DNA of 64,000 nucleotides from Octopus sinensis (Eukaryota): NCBI RefSeq assembly GCF_006345805.1, contig NC_043026.1, positions 2,232,001 to 2,296,000 of the forward strand, read 5' to 3'. Shown piece by piece: positions 28,724 to 40,550 of this stretch (position 1 is its first letter; each line of letters starts with the position of its first letter). The notes under the pieces were generated by a model. It saw only the letters and a program-made list of their open reading frames with translations, ran no database searches and was not told where the DNA came from. The position numbers and the translations under genes were made by a program.

Positions 28724-30236
28724 TGTATTTGTCCCCCCAACATCGCTTAACGACCGATGCTTGTGTGATTACATCCCCATAACTTAGCGGAGACCAATAG
28801 AATAAGTACTAAGCTTCCAAAGAGTAAGTCCTGGGGTCGATTTGCTCGACTGAAGGCGGTGCTCCAGCATGGTCGCAGTCAAATGGCTGAAACAAATAAA
28901 AGAATAAAAGAAAAGCTATAAAATGTATCTTACCGTTACATAATCCCTTGGAACATCTACCAAAGTTCGCCGGACATTTGGAGCAGGCTCTGCCAGGTGT
29001 GTATATATTATTGCCAATGTTTCCTCTAAAAATTACAAAGAGACAGAGTTAGATGTGGTTTTCTTTGAGTGGCTGCTGTTGTCAGTGCTTATGTATGAGT
29101 ACCGTAAATCCTCGAGTATAATCCGCATTTTTCCCCAAAAATTTAAGGGTCAAAATTCCTAGTGCGTACTATATACGAGGTTAAAAATGAAAGCAATGTC
29201 CGAGTCTCTATTTGCTGTCTGGCAATGTTTATTCAGACGCATTTTGTGATGCCGGGCTCGAAAATCCCTTAAGCTAAGCCTGAAAGCAATGAAGTCATAA
29301 AAGAATCATCCATAACTTGCAGTTAGCAACATTTATTAAACGTTATTACTGTTATTTCTTTATTTTCTGCAAACAAAATGCACGAAAAAGCTACACGTTT
29401 GCATTATGTTATATATACAATAATAATAAAGGACGTTACCATATACACTTTTACAAACCAAGGACGTTATATAGACCTCCTTGACTCAAGTTAGAGAAGG
29501 GATGCGTATTATACACAAGGTTTAAGTTTTTCAAAGGTACAGTCCCCCACCCCATAAAAATCCCCTGCGTATAATACCCAAGGGCGGACTATACTCGAGG
29601 ATTTACGGTATATATATATTCAAAAATGTTCGTATATATACAAATAGATGGACAAACGAACGGACAAACAGGGCGGACGGATGGACAGACGCACGGACAG
29701 GCGGGTGGGCGGAAAGGCTATCAGATAGATGAATGGACAGACGGACGGACAGTGAGACAGACAGACAGACAGGCAAACTGACGGGCGGATAGACAAGTAA
29801 ACAGGTGAATGAAGGGGTGTGTGTGTGTGTGTGATACGGAGACAGATGGACATGTGCGCATGCGCGAGCACACACACACATACTAACACATACACACATA
29901 CACATAGACAGGCACACGCACATACACAGGTCGGTCAACCAGCCAAACAGACAGACGGACAGACGGAAACAGACAAAGAAAGAAAGAAAAAGAATGAAAG
30001 GAAGGAAGAAAGAAAGAAAGAAGGAAAGAAAAAGATTGAAAGGAAGGAAGAAAGAAAGAAAGAAAGAGAGAAGGAAAGAAGGAAAGAAAGAAAGAAAGAA
30101 AGAAAAAGATTGAAAGGAAGGAAGAAAGAAAGAAACACAAAGAAAGAAAGAAAGAAAGAAAAAAATGAAAGGAAGGAAGAAAGAAAGAAGGAAAGAAAGA
30201 AGGAAAGAAAGAAAGAAAGAAAAAGATTGAAACGAA

Positions 30237-30274
<38 letters not shown>

Positions 30275-30464
30275 GAGAAGGAAAGACAGAAAGGAAGAAA
30301 GAAAGAAAGAAAGAAAGAAAGAGAGAAGGAAAGACAGAAAGGAAGAAAGGAAGAAAGAAAGAAAGAAAGAAAGAGAGAAGGAAAGACAGAAAGAAAGAAA
30401 GAAAGAAAGAGAGAAGGAAAGACAGAAAGAAAGAAAGAAAGAAAGATAGAAAGAAAGAATGAAT

Positions 30465-30508
<44 letters not shown>

Positions 30509-33500
30509 AAGAAGGAAATTTTGAGAGCAACATCCTGAGTCCAGATGTAAGAGTAAATGTCGGTACCAACCTGGGATAGTAGAAGCAGACCAAATATTTA
30601 GCATTGCTCACTGAACGGCCAAAAGCCTGTAAACTGGGACAATTAATAGCTGAACAGCCGACGTGTGTTGTGTTGGCCCACACCATCTGTGGATGTAGAA
30701 AAGGAAAAGATATCATTCATAGTGGTGGATGTTAGTGAGTGAGGAGAGGTCTTTCTTCTATACTTTCGCTCTTGTATTGAGTCCAGCTTTTGGACTGCAA
30801 CCGTTCTGTGCTATGTCGTGGCATGGCCGTTTAAATCAGTCACATCGAACTCAGTACCAATATCTGTCTGGTATCTTATGTTATCAATCTCTGTTTGTCG
30901 AATCACTAAGTCATGCAAGCAAAAATAGCAGTGTGTTTTTAGGCCAGTATAGAATTGAACACAAACATGGAGACGCATAGACATGTGCGTGCACACACAC
31001 ACACACACACATACACACACATACGCACATACACAGACACACGCGCACTTACACATATACACACTGATACACATACGTATTTGCACATATATAAATACTT
31101 GTATACGCTCACATACAAACATACAAACATACACATGCATACATATACATGCATACGTACGCATGCACACATACACGCACATATTCTCATACACATACAT
31201 GCACACATACACACATACTGGCGCGCACACAAGTACACTCATGCACATACGTACACATGCATAAACACACACTAAATTTCCCCAAAGGCACTGCTTGCCC
31301 GAACAACACTTATAATGATTCCTACAGTTACGCATATTACTACGTTTATTATCCAGCGAAGTTCAGAAATGTATTATTTAATGTATAATGTTCTGCACAA
31401 AGACCTGATAAAATATACTACTATATAGGTCAGAATTCAATTCCCGATGAAATAATCACATGTAGTCTTTCAATAAAAAACGAAAACTACTTAACACCTC
31501 ATTAACTTATGGATAGGACATTAATTAATATTATTCATTGTCCGTTATATGTACTGCACTTCTTTATAAATGAGTTGAGGTAGTTGTAATTTTTGTTGCA
31601 TAGAGGCATTAGAAATCTGAAAGTGAAAGTCCAAATTAATTGATAAACGTAAGAAATTATTGATCTCTTGCTTAATGAGGAGAGTGCTTGGGCTCTCTGC
31701 GATAGTTAAAACTTGTCAAAGGACGGACAGACTTATTACAGTCAACGACCATCCAATACTGTGTATACAAACATTGTCCTGCTATTTCTCACGGACAGCG
31801 CTAGTTCTTGCAACAATCATTGACAAACAGTTGACTTTGGTGCAGGCACAACCGATTCAGTCAGCAGAGAACCAAGACAAGGAAAATTTGAATAGAATCG
31901 GTAGAGCATCGCAATAAATGCTAAGCGATATTTCTTCTTAGTCAAATCTCATCCAGATCATATTTGCCTTCCATCCCGACCAGATCGATAAAATGTCAGT
32001 CAAATACTGGCAGTTGATGTAATCGACTGCCCCCACTAAAAGTGCCAAGCCTTGCAACGTGTTGACCATGGAGTGGTTTTTCGTTCCATTTCTCTTTAAG
32101 TATGTTTTGTAGATTTCTTTCTGTTGTTGTTTTTTTGTATGTTTTACCATTTCTATTGTGTTGTTATTTAAATTTATTGTTTCAATGTAATCGATTTCTG
32201 CTTTGTATTTTATCGCTTCTTCGTGAGTAGAAAAGACTTTCTTCTGTCTGTGTTTCACATTTCTTTATTACATTCATAAATCTTTCATTCTTTCTTTCTA
32301 AATATTTGTCCAGTTCAGCTGTTGTTATCTGCAGAAGTTTTCTATTCGTGTCAGGCCACGCCCTCCTTCCGGTGTATTATGTCAATGTCTGTTTTGGGAT
32401 GGTGACTTCAGTATGCTGTTAGTAATTCTCTGGTTTCTCCAATGTTTTTTTTCAATTTACTTGGTTCCAGTTTATGATATTGAAACTGCAGTTTATGGCT
32501 GGTAAGGCTAGCATAGTTATATCAATTATTTCTAGCGCAGAGTTCAGTTTTTAATATTAGTCTAACTAAAGGCGGCGAGGTGGCAGAATCATTAGCATGC
32601 TGGGTAAAATGCGCCATTTCTTCCGACTTTACGTCCTGAGTTCAAATTCCACCATTTGCCATTTATCCTTTCGGGCGCGATAGAATAAGTACCAGTTGAA
32701 CATTGACTTCGATGTAATCGACTCATTCCCTCTCCCTAAAATTACTGCCTTTGTAGCAAAATTTGAAATCGTCATCATCATCATCATCATTATTATTATT
32801 ATTACCTTCGCCTTAGCAAAGGCAGAGGTATTGTTTTCAGTCGTGTTTGTTCGTTTGTCCGGGGACAAGGTGTCTCAGGAACCGCTTTATAGATTAGGAT
32901 GAAACTTTCAGGGAAGTTTGGCGTCGTGATTGGCACGAACTGATTAAATTTTGGGATCGATCCGGTACCGACGAGGATTCTGGATTATTTGTTATATTTA
33001 CTTTACAAGAAGTATTACGATCTTACGTTGACTTTCAAGTCTTTCTCTTATTAACTCCCTTGAAAGCATGCTCATGGTTTCCACGTAAGTTATGGCGGCG
33101 TTGCTGTTCCCAAAGTTTTATTTTCGTTTCTCTTATTATTAATTTTACTCGCGTCTCTATCTCACTAGAAACTGATGGATAAAGAAATCAAACTACATAA
33201 AGAAATGGCATCAAACCCCTTCAGAAATGAAATAACATTAGCATATCCAGGAACAATGATAAATTTAATTTATCCTCGGCAATTTTTAGTTTTACCAATT
33301 TTGAATATATCGTTCCTGTTTAAAACCTCTTACCTACTTGACAATTGCATTTCTAGTTCTGCCATGAAGGAAGCTTTACTTCTTGGACTCACGTTTTTGT
33401 GCGCAACGATGTTCTTGAACCTCCGTTAACAGCACCAAATGCAGGTCCTTTCCGTTTTCTTTCAGGCACGGATAAATTTTTCACTGTAGACCTTAATGGT

Positions 33501-33798
33501 CGTAAAGAAACTATATCGGTGGATAGACTAAATAAGGCCTTCATAGAGAAAACTGTCCCCTGTTCCCATTGCAGACGATACACACACACACAGCATTACA
33601 AACACGGTCTACCCACCCACCTTCACATTCCATGACTACCACTGGGATCGATCCGGTACCGGACAAGGATTCTGGATTATTTTTTCCGTTCTCTTTTTAC
33701 TTAATTTTCGAGAGCGGTCGGGTTCATTTTTAGCATTCTCCGGCAAATCGTTGAGAGGACGTTGGTGCTGCCTTGACGGAGGTTTGCGTTGAGTGCTC

Positions 33799-33833
<35 letters not shown>

Positions 33834-34432
33834 GCGGTGAGCAGACGAAATCGTTAGCATGCCGGACAAACTGCTAAGCGGCGTTTTGACCGTCTTTACG
33901 TCCTGAATTCAAATTTCGCCGCCGATGTCGGTTTTGCTTTTCATCCTTTCGAGGTCCAGCACTGGGATTGATGTAATCGACTAGTAACCCCCCCCCCCAC
34001 AGCATTTTAGGCCTATAGAATAAAGAATTATTTTTATTAAAGGGGTGAGAGGCGTTTGCGCATCGGACAAAACACTTTGCTTTTCATCTTTAAAGGGTCG
34101 ATAAAATAAATGAGTCAAATACTGAGGTCGGTGTCCCCAACTTGCTGCCAACCCTCAAAATTACTGGCCTTGAGTCAAAGTTAAAAAAGAAGTACAACAT
34201 TTACCTGAGTATAGTGACAACTGCTGCCACACGAAGAAGCGCTTCGGTAGAAATCTCTCTTTTCATCGAACCAACCTTGCATTTCAGACCGGATGAGGTC
34301 CTTAATAGTGCCTGCGTTACTGTCAAAGGCAAGGTTCTCACCTCGGCCCTTCCTTTGATGATCAAACATACACTTATGAGCCCATTTATTGGCTTCTGTT
34401 GCTAGTTGTTTGCTCCAAGCCTGTAGATATAC

Positions 34433-34495
<63 letters not shown>

Positions 34496-34511
34496 CAGAC
34501 AGATAGATAGG

Positions 34512-34555
<44 letters not shown>

Positions 34556-36457
34556 TAGATAAGCGGGTGGGTTTGGATGGCTATACGGACAAGTAGTAGT
34601 TAGGTAGGTAGAACGTTGGTAATTTCTATTGACATTGAAGACTGAAAAGTTTCCGGTTTCAAATCCTGTCATTGCACAGAATGTAAGAAAAGCGACCAAG
34701 TTGTGGCTGTTGGTCTTATAGTATGAAGGAAGAGGGAAAATGCCTTTTCCTTTTTACAGAGAGCAGAGAAATATTGCAGGTGTTTGTGGTTTTCGAAGCT
34801 CTCAGCAGTGGATGGAGGAAGATGTCTTCTCCTTTCAGAGGAGGCCAGTAAAATATGAAGGTGTTGGTTGTCTTCCAGGAAATAAGCGAGACGTGAGACA
34901 TGTGGAAGTCTGTACATAAAAGTGAGTGTAATTTAATACTTTTTTCAATTCTGCATCTATGTGGTCTCTAAGCTGCTGGAAATAGTTACCAAATCTCTCT
35001 CAAATCAAAGCAAAGATGTACTAAATTAGTGATTCCCAGCGTGGGGCACACATACAGAGCTGGTGAGGCCAAGGAAAATTGTGGTGGAGTGGGGGATCTA
35101 AATTTTTTAAATTCTTTTTCTTATTTCAATCATTTGACTGTGGCTATGCTGGAGCACCGCTTTGACGGCGTTTTAGTCAAACAAACCGACCCTAGGATTT
35201 ATTCTTTCAGCTAAGTAGTTATTGTATCGGTTTCTTTTGCCGAACTGCTAAGTTACGAGGACGCAAACGCACCAACAACTGTTGTCAAGTGGTGATGGAG
35301 GGATAAACACAGGCACAGAGGCACACACATACACACACGACGAGCTTCTTTCAGTTTCCGTCTACCAAATCCACTTACAAGGCTTTGGTCGACCCGAGGC
35401 TTTGGTAGAAGACACTTGCCCAAGGTTCCACGCAGTGGTTCAGAATCCGGACCCATTTGGTTGGGAAACAAGCTTCTTACCACCACAGCAAACATTCTAC
35501 ACCAACCACTGATGGGGGTGGGGGATACATTGTTCTGGAAAGTTGTAAGGGGTCAGCAGGAAAATAGGTTGGGAACTACTGCGCTAGATAATATCATTTT
35601 CCCAACTGCATGGTTCCAGGTTCAGTCCCACTGCGTGGCACCTTGGGCAAGTGTCTTCTACTATAGACTCAGACCAACCAAAGCCTTGTGAGTGGATTTG
35701 TCAAATGGAAACTAAAAGAAGCCCGTTGTGTGTGTGTGTTTCTTCCCACCCTTCCGTTTTGACAACCGGTGTTAGTTTGTCTACGTCCCCATTAACTTAA
35801 GGGTTCAGCAAAAGAGACTGTTAGAATGAGTACCAGGCTTTTAAAAAAGAATAATGATTCGATATGTTCGACTTAAAGACGGTGCTCCAGCATGGTCGCA
35901 ATCAAATAACTGAAACGTGTAAAAAAAGACATCCATAAAAAGATTGGATGGTCACGACCGAAATGCCTTTGATCATAGGTCTGTATAGTCAGGGTTGGCC
36001 AGCGCCGCCTTCAGACTGGGCAGCTGCCTAGGGGCCTCACGGATTTAGGGGCCCCTGATTCTGATTTATGTATGATGTGGCTTGCTATTAGCGAATAAAT
36101 ACTAGAGGCCCCAGTGCTTTGATTTACCCGGGGCCTATAAAGGTGCTAAAACAGTGTTGGAGTTGACCTGGGGTTAAACATCAACAACAACCACCACCCT
36201 CCGCCACCACCAAAATAAGAATCTGACCACCAGCCCCTCCACCACTATGCCAAAAACCAGAGCTATAACGACAACAACAACATAAATAATAAGAACAACG
36301 GAGATCCTACCAGTTTAATCATATCGGAGGCTCCTTCTTTTGCCCTGAGATCATTATGGAATTGAAGGACGAATTGGCGCAAGTGTTCGGAGTCAAGGAG
36401 GTCAGCAGATATGAGGGGCGACACGGCCAAAAGCAGGACACACAAACGCAAATACAT
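24117..36457 (-). CDS. Spliced gene for a secreted CAP/SCP + hinge + ShKT protein (CRISP / venom-allergen-like), 227 aa; CDS = complement(join(24117..24229,28934..29025,30571..30686,34205..34420,36311..36457))
   Basis: Manual splicing gives an uninterrupted frame with GT-AG introns of phase 0,0,2,1. It contains a signal peptide ([18 protein letters not shown]), CAP motifs HNDLR, GENLA, WFDE, HYTQMVWA and [10 protein letters not shown], a 4-Cys hinge and a 6-Cys ShKT domain before TGA. Confidence 0.93.
24600..24634 (+). mobile_element. Helitron-type 3' terminus
   Basis: Hairpin ccgggtgaaaccgg followed by CTAG|t; 5' end not identified. Confidence 0.5.
25600..25830 (+). mobile_element. Penelope-like RT fragment
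   Basis: [22 protein letters not shown] resembles the [22 protein letters not shown] motif of PLE RTs. Confidence 0.65.
27020..27360 (-). mobile_element. RTE-like LINE RT fragment
   Basis: FVDLER..D..., [14 protein letters not shown]...VRING. Confidence 0.7.
27660..28060 (-). mobile_element. RTE/BovB-like LINE 3' fragment
   Basis: [24 protein letters not shown]. Confidence 0.8.
28934..29025 (-). CDS. CRISP-like gene coding exon 4 (hinge); not in the ORF track
   Basis: (R)[30 protein letters not shown]; tttttag| acceptor and G|gtaaga donor; completes the YYPRGN motif. Confidence 0.93.
29102..29608. mobile_element. pogo/Tigger-like MITE with TA TSD, in the intron between coding exons 3 and 4
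   Basis: ta|CCGTAAATCCTCGAGTATAATCCGC...GCGGACTATACTCGAGGATTTACGG|ta. Confidence 0.88.
29970..30517. repeat. (GAAA)n/(GA)n purine tract with higher-order subrepeats
   Basis: Seen directly; units such as gaaagagagaaggaaagacagaaag recur. Confidence 0.97.
30571..30686 (-). CDS. CRISP-like gene coding exon 3 (CAP C-terminal part)
   Basis: [38 protein letters not shown](R); cacag| acceptor and AG|gttggt donor (phase 2). Confidence 0.95.
32030..32520 (-). mobile_element. Non-LTR retrotransposon fragment (possibly R4/Dong-like)
   Basis: Decayed Lys-rich frame with a W..KPLHG-like motif; weak. Confidence 0.4.
32802..33803 (+). mobile_element. Helentron-associated non-autonomous element (HINE/DINE-like) with an internal insertion
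   Basis: 5' ttACCTTCGCC...ggtattgttttc with GTTT/GTCC-type microrepeat; 3' subterminal IR ccttgacggaggt and a short stem-loop ending in TT; inserted in (TTA)n. Confidence 0.7.
33385..33555 (+). mobile_element. Gypsy integrase C-terminal (GPY/F) fragment
   Basis: [24 protein letters not shown]...[21 protein letters not shown]. Confidence 0.8.
34205..34420 (-). CDS. CRISP-like gene coding exon 2 (CAP core, 72 codons)
   Basis: [32 protein letters not shown]...WFDEK...CHYTQ; ctacag| acceptor and CAG|gtaaat donor. Confidence 0.95.
36311..36457 (-). CDS. CRISP-like gene coding exon 1 (signal peptide and CAP start, 49 codons)
   Basis: [49 protein letters not shown]; acceptor tttcag 6 nt before the ATG; donor CTG|gtagga. 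Confidence 0.92.
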
Positions 36458-36522
36458 GTTTGGCTGAAACGAGATAAGCATCAATTTAGATTATTCATCG
36501 GAGTAATTGTCAATTAAGATGG

Positions 36523-36840
36523 CCAGCTGAAAGCATTATTAACATGCCGGGCTAAATGTTTAGCGGTAGCTGGCAGAGTGGTTAGCACGCCGGGCGAAAT
36601 GCGTAGTCGTATTTCGTCTGTCATTAAGTTCTGAGTTCAAATTCCGCCGAGGTCGACTTTGCCTTTCATCAATTCGGGGTCGATTATATAAGTGCCAGTT
36701 GCGCACTGGGGTCGATGTAATCGACTTAATACGTTTGTTTGTCCCCTCTGTGTTTGGCCCCTTGTGGGTAGTTAAGAAATAGGTATTTCGTCTGTCTTTA
36801 TGTTCTGAGTTCAAAGTCACCAAGGTCGACTTAGCCATTG
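36523..36840 (+). mobile_element. SINE family B (representative). Other copies at about 7450(-), 27365, 32570, 33835, 60480(-)
   Basis: TGGCAGAGTGGTTAGCACGCC...GAGTTCAAATTCCGCCGAGGTCGACTTTGCCTTTCATC. Confidence 0.85.
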
Positions 36841-36919
36841 CTGTTTGTTTGTTTGTTTTGTTTGTTGAGCGAAGCGGTCTTCGTTCCAGAGTGGGAGAAG
36901 TCCGAAACGTGGTCCTTTG

Positions 36920-37210
36920 CTATTCGTAAGACCCGCAGAAGAGACAGCAGGTCAACCCCCGACACCGATGGATGAATGTGCATCCAGGCTCAGCGGTTGC
37001 GTAGGAAGTCGGGGACAAGAAACAGGAAGAAAGGGTGAGAGAAAGTTGGGGTGAAAGAGTACAACAGGGGCCGCCACCACCCCCTGCTAAAGCCTCGTGG
37101 AGCTTTAGGGGTTTTCGCTCAATAAACACACACAACGCCCGGTATGGGAATCGAAACCGCGATCCTCCGACTGCGAGTCCGCTGCCCTAACCACTGGGCC
37201 ATTGCGCCTC
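36920..37210 (-). mobile_element. SINE family C with a well-preserved tRNA-like head. Related heads at about 6770(-), 25005, 39155, 43720, 51575(-)
   Basis: GGAGGCGCAATGGCCCAGTGGTTAGGGCAGCGGACTCGC...GGTTTCGATTCCC, A and B boxes, then a non-tRNA body. Confidence 0.85.
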
Positions 37211-37818
37211 CTTGCGTTTGCTGTGGAAAAGGAGGAGGGATCATCATGAGTTGCCGGTTGCCTGGCCTCTTGTGCCAATGGCAAACATGCTCCGATCATA
37301 GAAATTAATCCATGCTCAGTCTGGAGCCTTCCATAGGTTTCCTGACTCAGTTGAACGCAACACGTGATTGCAAGTGAAGCTTGAAAAGTGTCTTCACTGC
37401 CCGACTGCATTCTGCAAACTAATCAAGCGTAACAAGCAGCGTTTAGCAGGCAATCTTCAAAGCACTCTTACAGCAATGTTCAATGGGGAATAAGAAAACT
37501 TGGCTTCTTTCCATGTCTAACACGTAGAGTAATGACACAGTTATAACTGTCTCTCCTGAAACAAAAATCTCAAAACTTATGCAATGCAACTCGTAAATAA
37601 CCAGAAAAGAGGGTATACATATGCAAGTCCCCATAACTTGGCGGTTCAGCAAAAGATCCGATAGAATGAGTACCAGGCTTTAAAGAAATAAATATTGGGG
37701 TTGATTCATTCGACTAAAAATTCTTCAAGGTGGTGCCCCAGCATGGCCACAGTCTAATGGCTGACACAAGTAAAAGAAAAAAGATGTGTGATGTGTGTGT
37801 GTGTGTGCATATACATGC

Positions 37819-37873
<55 letters not shown>

Positions 37874-37884
37874 TATACCCCCCC

Positions 37885-37933
<49 letters not shown>

Positions 37934-38068
37934 GTATGTGTATATATATGTCATTTATATATATATATATATAAATGTATGTATATACATATATGTCAAT
38001 TGTTCAAACCGTTCACATGGAGAAAGGTGTTCACCTCCATTTTGGAAAACCAGCGTAGTGTTGTGCTC

Positions 38069-38103
<35 letters not shown>

Positions 38104-38286
38104 TACAAAATTAGAAAATGGAGAAACATACTTAAATCAATAAAACATCAACCATCAGATGATACCCAATCAATACTTTATTACACCATTACATAAAAGT
38201 AAAGGCAATATACAAAATATATTGTAAATATACATAGACAAGGGGATAGAAATATGAAATATAAAATATAATATGTAATTATATCA

Positions 38287-38398
38287 TATCTGACAGCTGT
38301 TTCGGCAGTAAGGGCAATCATGCCTCATTTAACCCATAAGCCATAAAGGCAGGTATAAATGAGGCATTAACAAGGATGCCCCACGGCCTCTTCAGAGA
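38287..38398 (-). ncRNA. Hammerhead ribozyme motif with long helix II
   Basis: ucu-CUGAAGA-GGC...(augccucauuua/uaaaugaggcau)...GCC-GAAA-CAGCU-GUC-aga. Confidence 0.75.
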
Positions 38399-39407
38399 AT
38401 TTAATTTATTATAATTGTGAAAAAAATTTTTTCCCATATACATATAAATATAAAAATGTAAAATATAAAAACTTTTGCATAAACTCCATATTACTACACC
38501 TATATATATATACTCATTGATACAATAATGCAAGATAAACAAAACAAAATAAAACAATATATATATCAGTATATATATTAATAGGCACAGTTATTCCACA
38601 TATTAGGCTAATAGTTCTAAAAACTAACATATAAGAAAATATATGCGCACTACTATTTAAATTAAAATCAGACCTATACCTGAAAAATAATAAAAAACCA
38701 TAGTTCAGTTCATAAAATTATAAACCTTTAAAAGTCAATAAAAATTACTATTAATATTTATTGGCATTTATTGGCAGGGTTACTTAGCTTGCTTTTAAGT
38801 TGGCAAAGGCAGTCAGCTTTCTGCTCCCTAATCGTACATATCTGTCTGTCTGTCTGTCTGTCTATGTATCTATGGCCGCAGTCAAATGACTGAAACTAAT
38901 AAAAAAAAAGGAATATATATATATATATATATAAGATTAATCAGCCGAAATTGCGAGGATGATTTGGTTCTTGACTGAGGATAGAAAGCTACGAATGACC
39001 CGTCCTTGTTTTCTTTGTATCTTTGTATTTGGATATTTTGTTGTCCCTTTTTGTGTCACCTAGTTGTCCAGATGTTTTGCGTTCATGTCCTATTTTGTAT
39101 ATTATATACATCCGGACAACTAGGTGATACAAAAAGAGACATACACACACACACTGGCACAGTAGTTAGGGAAGCGGAATCGCAGTCATGGGATCGCGGT
39201 TTCGATTCCCATACCGGGCGTTGTGAGTGTTTATTGAACAAAAACACCTAAAGCTCCACAAGGCTCCAGAAGCGGGGTGGTGGCGAACCCTGCTGTACTC
39301 TTTCACCACAACTTTCTCTCACTCTTTCTTCTTGTACCTGTGTTTCAAAGGGAACAGCCTTGTCACATTCTGCATCACGCTGAATCTCCCTGAGAACTAC
39401 GTTAAAG

Positions 39408-39462
<55 letters not shown>

Positions 39463-40550
39463 CACTCACACATATACGTATATATATATATAAAACGACG
39501 AGGGTACCCAAAATGTAACGACAATGATTGAATGAGAAGATGCATTGGAAAAATAATCAAGGAATATTATTACTTATGAAAATGGCCATTTATTTAATTG
39601 CTTATAATATTAGTTAATAATATTACTGGAATGACCGAAAAAGAGAGATAGCCATTTCCCTTGTGTCTTTGTGTGTTTGTTAATTAAAGTAGGTAAACCG
39701 TGAACAATGGAAGGCGTGCAATTCTTGAGTCTCGCATAGAAAGCTACTATTTGTGACGACATAGTGCAATTGTTTCAGAAGGCAAGCAATTATTTAAGCC
39801 TAGTCGAGAGTCACCAAAAATATAACGAGTGTCATCGAAATGCAACGAAGAAGATTGAATGAGAAGATGCATTTGGAGAAAGGATTAAAAATTAATATTA
39901 ATTGTGAAGATGGTCGTTTATTTCGCCTTTAATACACTGTAGGTGCCCCATGTTAACGCATGAGTTTTCCCCCTTTAGTAACAGGGCAGTGGCAAGGGAA
40001 ACAATTCTCGAGGAAATGCAGTGTGCTAAAGGTTTATTGTTTGTTTGTAAAACAAACGACATTGTCGCATCGTTGTGTGTAAATGCAGTAAAATATATTT
40101 GGTGGATCCATGGTTCATTGTTTGTGGATGCTAGCTCCATCCCGTGCCACTATGCAGGTGGAATGAGTAAAAGTGATCTACGCAGCTGGAGATAATAAAA
40201 GTTCTACGTTCACACACAGAGAGGGCGATGATTTGCTCTTCGGCCAGCGGCGGATGACCGAAAGGCAGACATGGCTAAATTGCTTGTGTTTTTATATGTT
40301 TTCTAATTAAAGGAGGTCAACTGAGAACAATAGACTTTACCAGAATTCTCTGTCTTGATCCTTCTGCGACCAGAGAAAGATCAAGACGTCAATTCATTCC
40401 CATCAATCCATTCGTGCAAAGAGGCGAAAACAGTAGAAATTTCTTTGACAATTAATAAACGTGTGAATTCGGTTTCGAATCCGCCTCGCTGTTCTGCAAC
40501 TGGTCACTAAGATCAGAGGGATATTTACACATCACATATACTCCTTCAGA

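Noticed and set aside
37136-37210. Possible tRNA gene
   Set aside because: No proper acceptor stem, and it continues into a multicopy SINE body.
38974-39004. Hammerhead-like CUGAGGA...GAAU...GUC, and a similar CUGACGA near 48933-48939 (-)
   Set aside because: GAAA and/or stem I are broken, so they are too degenerate to call.
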